The position numbers and the translations under genes were made by a program. The notes under the pieces are model-generated. The model ran no database searches, had not been told where the DNA came from, and saw only the letters and a list, made by a program, of their open reading frames with translations. Source: Candidatus Pelethenecus faecipullorum (GTDB lineage Bacteria; Bacillota_I; Bacilli_A; Acholeplasmatales; Anaeroplasmataceae). From it: a stretch of DNA of 26,871 nt. Positions 9,607 through 17,035 of this stretch are shown one piece after another (within the stretch, counting starts at the first letter, position 1; every line of letters begins with the position of its first letter). The DNA lies in assembly GCA_018715665.1 (NCBI GenBank), contig DVLF01000107.1, positions 1-26,871 on the forward strand, read 5' to 3'.

Positions 9607-9618
9607 ATTTTAACCTTC

Positions 9619-10845
9619 CTAGCTCGATGCTTTTACAGTATCATTGAATGATTTACAAGCCGTAGCCAAATCTGCTTTGGTAATCGAACCATCGATCATA
9701 CCGTTGATCAAGGTACCAGGTGCTGTCCAGAAATTGCCGGGTACAGCATCTTGCGGATGAGCGAATTCCAATTGAGCCGCTAAAACAACTTGATTTTCAT
9801 CGGCTTTTACAGTCGCACTGTTCGCTACATTCTTATTACAAGGTCCGATACCGTTTTTCGTAAAACGTTCTAATTGACATTCTTCATTGGATAAGAATTT
9901 AGCCAATTCATGAGCGGCAACCAAACGATCGGTATCCATTTGAGAACGTTGCGGATTGACACCGAATAATTTACCACCTACGAAAGCACCCAAATTCTTC
10001 GTTTCTCCGTCAACGGTTACCGTCGGCATTACCGCACAACCATAATTAGAACCAAGTGCCGTTTTATAAGAAGCGATATCCCATGTACCGGCAATACAAG
10101 CAACGAAACCGGAATCTGCAGTCGGCGCAACCGTATCTTTTGACCAAGCCGGATGTTTTACGATATCGTAAATCGCACTGGCTGCTTTTTGACCTTTTTC
10201 ACCGTCGAAATCAGCTGTAACACTGGTAACCGCACCGTCGGAATTGTACGTTACTTCGTAATCCGCACCGAACGTAAACATAGCGGCACCACCCCAGAAT
10301 GCTTCCGGTAAGTTATATCCTACTTTCGCACCGATGGATTGCGCTTTATCCAAAAGACCCTGCATGGTTTTAACATCATCGGCCGTCAATCTGGATTTAT
10401 CGTATTGAACGTAATACGTATTGTCGCCTGTCCAAGGATAGCCGTAGTAATCGCCGGCAAACTTAGCCATTGTCTGACCGAAACTATTGGTTTCGCTCGT
10501 AATATAAGAAGCATTTGCTCCTGTGATCTTAGCCAACGCACCTTTTCCGTATAAAACACCGATTTTATCCGATGCGAATTCGTATACATCCGGACCGGTT
10601 GTCCAGTCTGTGATTTCAGAATCCACTTTATCCGGACCGTGTTCTACGTATTCAATAACGTATTCGTTGGTGTCTCCTGCTTCCTTTCTGGCTTCTTTGA
10701 ATTTTTCAAATAAGCTTTCGTTAAATTCTCTGTCCGAACCGGTACCGGAATAAACCAAGTGAATGGCATTTCCTTTCTTGTCCGTACAAGCGGCCATTCC
10801 CAACGCCAATGCGCCGATGGCCCCTAAAGCAAATAGTTTTTTCAT
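9619..10845 (-). CDS. malE: Sugar ABC transporter solute-binding lipoprotein (MalE/MalX type)
   Basis: Lipobox MAAC; GPDVYEFASD, YYGYPW, YYVQYDK, IAGTWD, GGKLFGVNP match the family-1 sugar-binding pattern; first gene of the ABC operon; AGGAGG RBS. Confidence 0.88.
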   Translation of the reverse strand: MKKLFALGAIGALALGMAACTDKKGNAIHLVYSGTGSDREFNESLFEKFKEARKEAGDTNEYVIEYVEHGPDKVDSEITDWTTGPDVYEFASDKIGVLYGKGALAKITGANASYITSETNSFGQTMAKFAGDYYGYPWTGDNTYYVQYDKSRLTADDVKTMQGLLDKAQSIGAKVGYNLPEAFWGGAAMFTFGADYEVTYNSDGAVTSVTADFDGEKGQKAASAIYDIVKHPAWSKDTVAPTADSGFVACIAGTWDIASYKTALGSNYGCAVMPTVTVDGETKNLGAFVGGKLFGVNPQRSQMDTDRLVAAHELAKFLSNEECQLERFTKNGIGPCNKNVANSATVKADENQVVLAAQLEFAHPQDAVPGNFWTAPGTLINGMIDGSITKADLATACKSFNDTVKASS

Positions 10846-10903
10846 TCTTCTTCCTCCTAATTTTTTATTTGCTTTATTCCTATTCTCCTTAAGAATAGAT
10901 GTT

Positions 10904-10917
10904 TAGAAGCGTTCCTT
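10904..10917. promoter_or_regulatory. Candidate LacI-family operator
   Basis: TAGAAG-CG-TTCCTT, 58 nt upstream of the malE start. Confidence 0.4.
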
Positions 10918-11000
10918 TTAAAACTTTTCATCTTCTTTTAGAAAAGTCATATCGCTTTACTTCTTCATTTTCGCAAAATCCAAATGAAACAATTGTCGAA

Positions 11001-11014
11001 TAAAAGCGCTTACT
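11001..11014. promoter_or_regulatory. Candidate LacI-family operator
   Basis: TAAAAG-CG-CTTACT (palindromic core AAGCGCTT), downstream of the predicted malE promoter. Confidence 0.55.
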
Positions 11015-11069
11015 TCCATAAAAATAATCTTATTCAGTTTTTAAAATGAACTCTTCCTTGTTTGAATAT

Positions 11070-11098
11070 ATTATACTATAATTTACAAAATCTTACAA
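11070..11098 (-). promoter_or_regulatory. Putative sigmaA promoter of the malE operon
   Basis: Minus strand TTGTAA-17 nt-TATAAT. Confidence 0.6.
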
Positions 11099-11195
11099 TA
11101 TTTTTGCAAAGAAATAAGCCGAATTGCAAATCAGATGATTTTTATAACGATAGTATAATCATTCTTTTCAATTTTTAAAATTGAATTTATATTAA

Positions 11196-11888
11196 TCAGA
11201 ATCCAAACGGTTCTGAATTAATAACAATTTGTTTATATATTGCTTTTGCCTGAAAATTTTTCATCGTTGAATGTTGATCGCAAGGCGGTGTTAAATTCGA
11301 TTCGATAAAAATACTGTTCAACCCTAATAAATGAGCCGGTTTGACATCGCATTCATAATCGTTTCCGATCATCCATATTTCCTGATCGTTTAAACCGAAT
11401 GTTTGAAGAGCTTGTTCGTAATAGTTCTTATTGGGCTTTTTTATACCATAGTCCGATGAAAGCGCGATACCGTTAAAAAAACGTTTGATTTTCAGTTTTT
11501 CCAACTCCGGCATCGTAAAAGATGCTTGCGCATTGGATAACACGTAAAGCGCGATGCCTTGTTTTTTAAGTTTTTTCAGCAACTTCAAAACACCCGGATA
11601 TAGTCGAATATAACTCGTCGAAAGCCTGCGGAACAGCCAGCAAACTTTGCTTGCCTGTTTTTCATCGATGTCAAACAACGCCTGAAAAACCGGAAGGACA
11701 TCGATCTCTTCTTTTTCTTCTTCCGCCAAACGGCAATATTTTTGATATATCTGTTTTAAATCGGTGGGATCATACGCTTTGATACGGCACATTTTTTTGG
11801 CAAAGCGTTGCCAGAACCGATTGCTTTCTTCATCGGTATGAATGTCGATCAACGTGCCGTATAAATCCCATAAGACCGCTTTTTCCAC
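11196..11888 (-). CDS. HAD-superfamily hydrolase
   Basis: Motif I WDLYGTL, motif II VLSN, motif III IKKP, motif IV MIGNDYECD; GTG start with GGGAG RBS 8 nt upstream. Confidence 0.88.
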   Translation of the reverse strand: MEKAVLWDLYGTLIDIHTDEESNRFWQRFAKKMCRIKAYDPTDLKQIYQKYCRLAEEEKEEIDVLPVFQALFDIDEKQASKVCWLFRRLSTSYIRLYPGVLKLLKKLKKQGIALYVLSNAQASFTMPELEKLKIKRFFNGIALSSDYGIKKPNKNYYEQALQTFGLNDQEIWMIGNDYECDVKPAHLLGLNSIFIESNLTPPCDQHSTMKNFQAKAIYKQIVINSEPFGF

Positions 11889-11903
11889 CGTTTCATCTCC
11901 CTT

Positions 11904-11917
11904 ATAAAACGCTTACA
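11904..11917. promoter_or_regulatory. Candidate LacI-family operator / cre-like site
   Basis: Minus strand TGTAAG-CG-TTTTAT, just upstream of the HAD RBS. Confidence 0.5.
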
Positions 11918-11931
11918 CAAAACAGGAAAGG

Positions 11932-11960
11932 CTATTCCCCACACCGTGTGCAGGGAATAG
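11932..11960 (-). terminator. Stem-loop after the phosphorylase gene (weak terminator or stabiliser)
   Basis: Minus strand CTATTCCC-TG-CACA-CGG-TGTG-GGGAATAG followed by an interrupted pyrimidine tract CCTTTCCTGTTTT. Confidence 0.5.
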
Positions 11961-11971
11961 TCAAGGAAAGA

Positions 11972-14254
11972 TTACTTCAAATGCCAAACCAAGGCATTGT
12001 AATCCAAAACAGAGCGATCGGATGAAAACTTCCCGCTTGCTTGCATATTGGCAACACATTTTCGATAATACATCGACGTGTCGTATTCGGCATTGGCTTT
12101 CAGTTTCGTTTCGATATACGACTTGAAATCCGCTAAAACCAAATAGTAGTCCGTCTGCAGCAAATGTTGGTAAATCGCCTGAAACATACCGCTGCCGTCA
12201 TCGGAAAGCGTACCGTCTATCAAACTCTCAACCACTTTTTTCAGTTTCGGTTGTTCGTCCAAAACAGCACTCGGAACGTAATGTTGTTTTACTTGCTCCA
12301 CTTCTTCGACCGTCAATCCGAAAATATAGTTGTTTTCAATACCGGCTTCTTCGGTAATTTCCACATTCGCGCCATCCAGTGTCCCGATGGTCGGCGTGCC
12401 GTTAATCATGAATTTCATATTTCCCGTACCGGACGCTTCCATACCTGCCATGGAAATCTGTTCGGATAAATCCGCCGCACAAACCAGTTTTTCGGCATAA
12501 CTGACATTGTAATTGGAAACAAACACGACCCTCAACTTGTCGCCAACAAGCGGATCGCCGTTGACTTTATGAGCGATCGTATTGATCAGTTTGATAATCG
12601 CTTTGGCCATATAGTATCCCGGGGCACTCTTGGCTCCGAAAATAAAGGCCGTCGGTTTAAAATCCGGTAAGTTTCCGCTCTTGATCTCATTGTATAAATA
12701 CAATATTCCAAGTGCATTGAGCAACTGTCTTTTATATTCATGGAGTCGTTTGATCTGAATGTCATACAAAAACTCCGTCGGTAAGAAAATCCCTTCTTGC
12801 TTTAAAATCGTTTCCTGCAGACGTTTTTTATTTTCCAATCTGATTTGCCTGAAACGCTTTAAAAAGACAGGATCGTCCACATAAGGTTTCATCAAATGAA
12901 GTTGCGATAGATCGTTGATCCAACCGTTTCCGATCCGATTGGTGATTTCTAAAGCCAACAACGGATTATTTAAAGCGAGCCAACGTCTCGGTGTCACACC
13001 GTTGGTGACATTCACAAACTTTTCCGGACAGATCGCATACCAATCTTTGAACGTTTCTTCTTTTAAAATATTGGTATGAATCTGAGCCACCCCGTTGACA
13101 TGACGGCATACGGCGATTGCCAAATCCGCCATATGGACCAAATTATCTTTGATAATAGCAACCGAAAACTCGTTTTGTTCCAAGTGATGTTGCAGTTGCT
13201 CGATTTGTTCGTACACATCCGGAATCAATTCTTTCAACTGAGCCACCGGCCATTTTTCAAGCGCTTCGGCTAAAATGGTATGGTTGGTAAAATTAAAAGA
13301 ACGATGACAAATTTCAAAGGCTTCTTCAAACGAAAGTCCTTCTTGTTTCAAAAGTCGCATCAATTCGGGAATGGCTAATGTCGGGTGTGTATCGTTTAAT
13401 TGGAAAATGAAATAATCCGGAAACGTATCCCACGGTAAGCCTTTTTGCCTAAACTTTTTCATAACATCCTGAATGGACGCGCTGACCATAAAATATTCTT
13501 GCCGAAGCCGTAAGGTTTTCCCTTTTTGTGTATTATCGTTCGGATAGAGGACCGCCGTAATCTCGGTTGCCTTATAATTGTTAAGGGCTGTCAACTGGCC
13601 TTCCATTTGATCGAAAAGCGCAAAATCAAACGACTCGATCGGCTCGCTTTGCCATAATCTTAACGTATTGACGGTCTTACTGTCATAACCGATCACCGGC
13701 ATATCGTAAGGAACCGCCCGTACATCCATATCGGCAAAATGAACGATTTGCGCATCTTCCAAAACCCGTCTGCTAAACGGATCGCCCCATTTGAGCCAAT
13801 CATCGGCTTCTTCATTTTGAAAGCCGTTGACAAAGGTTTGTTTGAATAGACCGAACCGATACCGCAACCCGTACCCATCTAACGGCAACCCACTCGTCGC
13901 CGCTGACTCTAAGAAACAAGCCGCCAACCGACCCAATCCGCCGTTTCCGAGTGCCGCATCTTCGATTTCTTCAAACACATTGATATCCACATCAAACGAA
14001 GCCAAAGCCTCTTTGACTTGCTGCATCAAATTCAAATTCAGCAAATTCGCATAAATCAACCGACCGATTAAAAATTCGGCCGATAAATAACCGCACCGCT
14101 TTTGATCGGCGTTTTTTGTTTTTTGCCAATCTTCTTCCACATGAAGCAGAATCGCTTTGGCCGTCGCATCGTATAATTGCCGAACGGAGGCTTCTTTTAC
14201 CTCTTTCCCGCAAGAAGCTTTCAGCAACAGCGCAATTTCCTTTGCTAATTCCAA
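11972..14254 (-). CDS. malP: Maltodextrin/glycogen phosphorylase (GT35)
   Basis: ALGNGGLGRLAACF, QLNDTHP, NHTILAEALEKW, TNGVTPRRW, QIKRLHEYKRQ, PLP-lysine motif EASGTGNMKF; TTG start behind AGGAGG. Confidence 0.96.
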   Translation of the reverse strand: MELAKEIALLLKASCGKEVKEASVRQLYDATAKAILLHVEEDWQKTKNADQKRCGYLSAEFLIGRLIYANLLNLNLMQQVKEALASFDVDINVFEEIEDAALGNGGLGRLAACFLESAATSGLPLDGYGLRYRFGLFKQTFVNGFQNEEADDWLKWGDPFSRRVLEDAQIVHFADMDVRAVPYDMPVIGYDSKTVNTLRLWQSEPIESFDFALFDQMEGQLTALNNYKATEITAVLYPNDNTQKGKTLRLRQEYFMVSASIQDVMKKFRQKGLPWDTFPDYFIFQLNDTHPTLAIPELMRLLKQEGLSFEEAFEICHRSFNFTNHTILAEALEKWPVAQLKELIPDVYEQIEQLQHHLEQNEFSVAIIKDNLVHMADLAIAVCRHVNGVAQIHTNILKEETFKDWYAICPEKFVNVTNGVTPRRWLALNNPLLALEITNRIGNGWINDLSQLHLMKPYVDDPVFLKRFRQIRLENKKRLQETILKQEGIFLPTEFLYDIQIKRLHEYKRQLLNALGILYLYNEIKSGNLPDFKPTAFIFGAKSAPGYYMAKAIIKLINTIAHKVNGDPLVGDKLRVVFVSNYNVSYAEKLVCAADLSEQISMAGMEASGTGNMKFMINGTPTIGTLDGANVEITEEAGIENNYIFGLTVEEVEQVKQHYVPSAVLDEQPKLKKVVESLIDGTLSDDGSGMFQAIYQHLLQTDYYLVLADFKSYIETKLKANAEYDTSMYYRKCVANMQASGKFSSDRSVLDYNALVWHLK

Positions 14255-14257
14255 GGT

Positions 14258-15760
14258 TCAATCCCTCCTATATTTTTCAACATATCGACGAATCCGATCC
14301 GCCAAACGTCTGGACAACTGACGCTTTAAAACGCGGTAACTCCAGTTGTTCACGGAAACCGTCGACGGAAAATTCATTCTGGATGTGCCGTCTTGCGCCA
14401 ATAAATCCTGCATCGGAATGATACAATAATCGGCTTTGGACGCAAATGCCAATTCCACGACCGTCTGCGTAATCATTCGATAACTGTACAAACGCGGCCG
14501 CACACCCGCCAAACGGCATTCTTCTTTTAATTGTTCCAAAAAGATTTTCAAAGCCGAAGGCGAAAGATCGAAAATAAACTGATACAACGGCAAATTGTCA
14601 TGCGTTCCCGTATATACCACGAAATTCGTTCCGTAATTCGACGGCAAATGTTCGTTTTCTTTCGATCCGTCCAGCGCAAACTGTAAAATCTTCATTCCCG
14701 GATACGTCGTTTGCCGCATCAATTCCCGAACGCCCGCATCGATGAAACCCAAATCTTCGGCAACGATTTTCAACTCCGTTTTATCTTTGAAAAAATCGAA
14801 TTTCGGTCCATCCAGCCAGCGACCGTTGCGCGCGGTCGTATCCTCAGCCGGAATCGCATAAAACCGATCGAATCCGCGAAAGTGATCGATCCGTAAAATA
14901 TCAAACAGTTCAAACGCTCTAGACAATCGGTCCTGCCACCAAGCGTAACGGTCTTTTTTCATGTAATCCCAATCGTAAATCGGATTGCCCCACAACTGTC
15001 CGTCTTCCGTAAACGCATCGGGCGGACAACCAGCCACCAATTTTTTACGGTGATCGGCACTTAAGACAAACAACTCGGGATGTTTCCATACCTCGACACT
15101 GTCATAAGCGACATACAAAGGCATATCCCCCATGATTTCGATCTGTTTGGTTTTGGCATATTGATGCAACGCATTCCATTGGTTTAAAAATTCAAATTGG
15201 GTCCAAAGCCAAAACAAATAGTCTTCACGATGTAAACTTACCACTTCTTCTTCCGTTTTTAAAGAATAGTTTCGGTAAGGTTTCTGCCAGCATTCCCAAG
15301 CCTGATAGTCATGCATGGCTTTCAGTGTCATAAAGACCGCGAAATCATGATATTTTTTCGAAACGACAAAATCTAAAAAGGCTTGATCGGTTGCATCAAA
15401 CCGTAAAAAAGCTTTCCGCAAAACCGGTACTTTATTTATAAACAGCAAATGGTAATCCACCCGATTGTCCTTTTTGGCAAAAGGGATATTCTGGTATTCT
15501 TTTTTTTGAAGCAGCCCTTTTTCCCTCAAAATATCCAAATCGATCAAATAGTAATTGAGGGCTGTGGAGGATACCGATTGATACGGTGAATCTCCGTAAT
15601 TCGTCGGTACCAAAGGAAGCACTTGCCAAAGATGCAAGTTGGCACTGTAAAGCCAATCGACAAAATCAAAGGCGGCTTTCCCTAATGTTCCCACACCGTA
15701 AGCAGAGGGAAGACTGGTAATATGAAGTAAAACACCGGCTTGTCTTTTACAAAAACCCAT
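14258..15760 (-). CDS. malQ: 4-alpha-glucanotransferase (amylomaltase, GH77)
   Basis: GVLLHITSLPS, WQVLPL, SPYQSVS, GQLWGNPIY, LRIDHFRG, IVAEDLG, YTGTHDN, RMNFPST; AGGAGA RBS. Confidence 0.96.
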   Translation of the reverse strand: MGFCKRQAGVLLHITSLPSAYGVGTLGKAAFDFVDWLYSANLHLWQVLPLVPTNYGDSPYQSVSSTALNYYLIDLDILREKGLLQKKEYQNIPFAKKDNRVDYHLLFINKVPVLRKAFLRFDATDQAFLDFVVSKKYHDFAVFMTLKAMHDYQAWECWQKPYRNYSLKTEEEVVSLHREDYLFWLWTQFEFLNQWNALHQYAKTKQIEIMGDMPLYVAYDSVEVWKHPELFVLSADHRKKLVAGCPPDAFTEDGQLWGNPIYDWDYMKKDRYAWWQDRLSRAFELFDILRIDHFRGFDRFYAIPAEDTTARNGRWLDGPKFDFFKDKTELKIVAEDLGFIDAGVRELMRQTTYPGMKILQFALDGSKENEHLPSNYGTNFVVYTGTHDNLPLYQFIFDLSPSALKIFLEQLKEECRLAGVRPRLYSYRMITQTVVELAFASKADYCIIPMQDLLAQDGTSRMNFPSTVSVNNWSYRVLKRQLSRRLADRIRRYVEKYRRD

Positions 15761-15813
15761 AACTATTCTCCTAACAATCTATATTCATCTATTATCGTTG
15801 CTATCCATTTGTC

Positions 15814-15841
15814 ATTGTATCATGATTTTGATCCATTGCAA
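15814..15841 (-). promoter_or_regulatory. Putative malQP promoter
   Basis: Minus strand TTGCAA-16 nt-TACAAT with extended -10 TG-A. Confidence 0.55.
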
Positions 15842-15850
15842 GCGTTTTTA
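15837..15850. promoter_or_regulatory. Candidate LacI-family operator overlapping the malQP -35
   Basis: TGCAAG-CG-TTTTTA; matches the 11904-11917 site (minus strand) at 11 of 14 positions. Confidence 0.55.
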
Positions 15851-15886
15851 TTTGATTTGACCGAAACTTTCAAAACAAAGAATTTA

Positions 15887-15918
15887 TTTTCGAAAAATTT
15901 TCGAAAACAAAGCGAAAA
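15887..15918. repeat. Phased palindromic repeats with 11-bp period
   Basis: TTTTCGAAAA at 15887-15896 and 15898-15907, degenerate AAAGCGAAAA at 15909-15918; CG centres at 15891, 15902 and 15913. Confidence 0.7.
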
Positions 15919-15921
15919 ATA

Positions 15922-15950
15922 TTGTTTTCAACGCTTAAAAACGGTACAAT
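15922..15950 (+). promoter_or_regulatory. Putative promoter of the LacI gene with operator-like site in its spacer
   Basis: TTGTTT-17 nt-TACAAT; 15926-15939 reads TTTAAG-CG-TTGAAA on the minus strand. Confidence 0.5.
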
Positions 15951-15972
15951 AACCTTGTGAGGTACCCTAACT

Positions 15973-16962
15973 ATGAAAATCAAAGACATTGCTCAAGCCC
16001 TTCATTTATCGGTTTCGACCGTTTCGAAAGCCTTAAACGGCGCGTTCGATGTATCCAAAGAAACCAAAGAAATGGTTTTAGCCTACGCCAAAGAACACGG
16101 CTACAAATTCAAAGACGAACGTCTGACCGTCAAATCCATGCGCAGACTGTGTGTTTTATACGACAATATCGAACCGACTTCCCAATCCAGTATCATTTTT
16201 CCACTGGCCATCGCCTTTTCCAAATATGCCAATGAAATGAACTTTGAGGTTATTCCCGCATCCATCGATGTCATTCATACGTCTTATGATGCGTTTATGA
16301 AAGAAAATAATTTCGATGGGGCATTTATTGCCGGTCTTAATTATCAAAGTCCGCTTTTAGAAGAACTGAAGCAGACAAAATTTCCGACCGTCCTTTACGA
16401 TCACGTCTTAGAAGGAAACAAAATCGCAACCATCAACAACGAAAACATCAATACCATTTCCAAACTCGTCTGTCTTTTGTATGAACAAGGCCATCGAAAC
16501 ATCGGATTTATCCACGGAGATAAAAATTCGTTTGTCAGCAACGAACGCTTTGCCGGATACATCATCGGCCAAATGATGAACGAATTGAACTATTGTCCCC
16601 GTTACGTTTATTTCGGAGAATTCAACGAACAATCCGGTTTTAAAGCCGCTTCCTACTTCGCTCAAACGGATGTGACGGCCATTATTTGTTCGGCTGATAT
16701 CATTGCTGTGGGACTGATCAAAGGATTGGAAAAAGAACACCTCTTTGTCCCGCAGGACATTTCCGTTACCGGCTATGACGATTTGGATATTGCCACCTAT
16801 TTAAAACCCAGTTTGACGACCGTTCGTCAAGATATCGATTTGATCGGTGAAAAAGCCTTATCTTTACTACTTTCGATGATGATGAACCGTTCTTCACAGC
16901 GTTTGGTCATCAACGGTGAAATCATCCAAAGAGAATCCACAGGACCGGCAAAAGAAAGATGA
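15973..16962 (+). CDS. LacI-family transcriptional regulator (probable maltodextrin regulon repressor, MalR-like)
   Basis: HTH IKDIAQALHLSVSTVSKALNG; C-terminal VPQDISVTGYDD, PSLTTVRQ, IIQREST; divergent from malQP. Confidence 0.93.
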   Translation: MKIKDIAQALHLSVSTVSKALNGAFDVSKETKEMVLAYAKEHGYKFKDERLTVKSMRRLCVLYDNIEPTSQSSIIFPLAIAFSKYANEMNFEVIPASIDVIHTSYDAFMKENNFDGAFIAGLNYQSPLLEELKQTKFPTVLYDHVLEGNKIATINNENINTISKLVCLLYEQGHRNIGFIHGDKNSFVSNERFAGYIIGQMMNELNYCPRYVYFGEFNEQSGFKAASYFAQTDVTAIICSADIIAVGLIKGLEKEHLFVPQDISVTGYDDLDIATYLKPSLTTVRQDIDLIGEKALSLLLSMMMNRSSQRLVINGEIIQRESTGPAKER

Positions 16963-16980
16963 TCCGATTAATCCGAAGAT

Positions 16981-17022
16981 AAAAAAACATCATCAACTTC
17001 CGTTCATGATGTTTTTTCTTTT
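16981..17022. terminator. Bidirectional intrinsic terminator between convergent lacI and GH13 genes
   Basis: AAAAAACATCAT (16982-16993) / ATGATGTTTTTT (17006-17017), with an A tract on the left and a T tract on the right. Confidence 0.75.
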
Positions 17023-17035
17023 ACCCGTTAAAACA

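Noticed and set aside
11167-11216. AT-rich palindrome TTCAATTTT-T-AAAATTGAA and a short hairpin at the HAD stop
   Set aside because: Low complexity and weak stems; insufficient to call a terminator or operator.
11196-11888. Calling the HAD a beta-phosphoglucomutase
   Set aside because: It lacks the DxD motif, and MalP yields alpha- not beta-glucose-1-phosphate.
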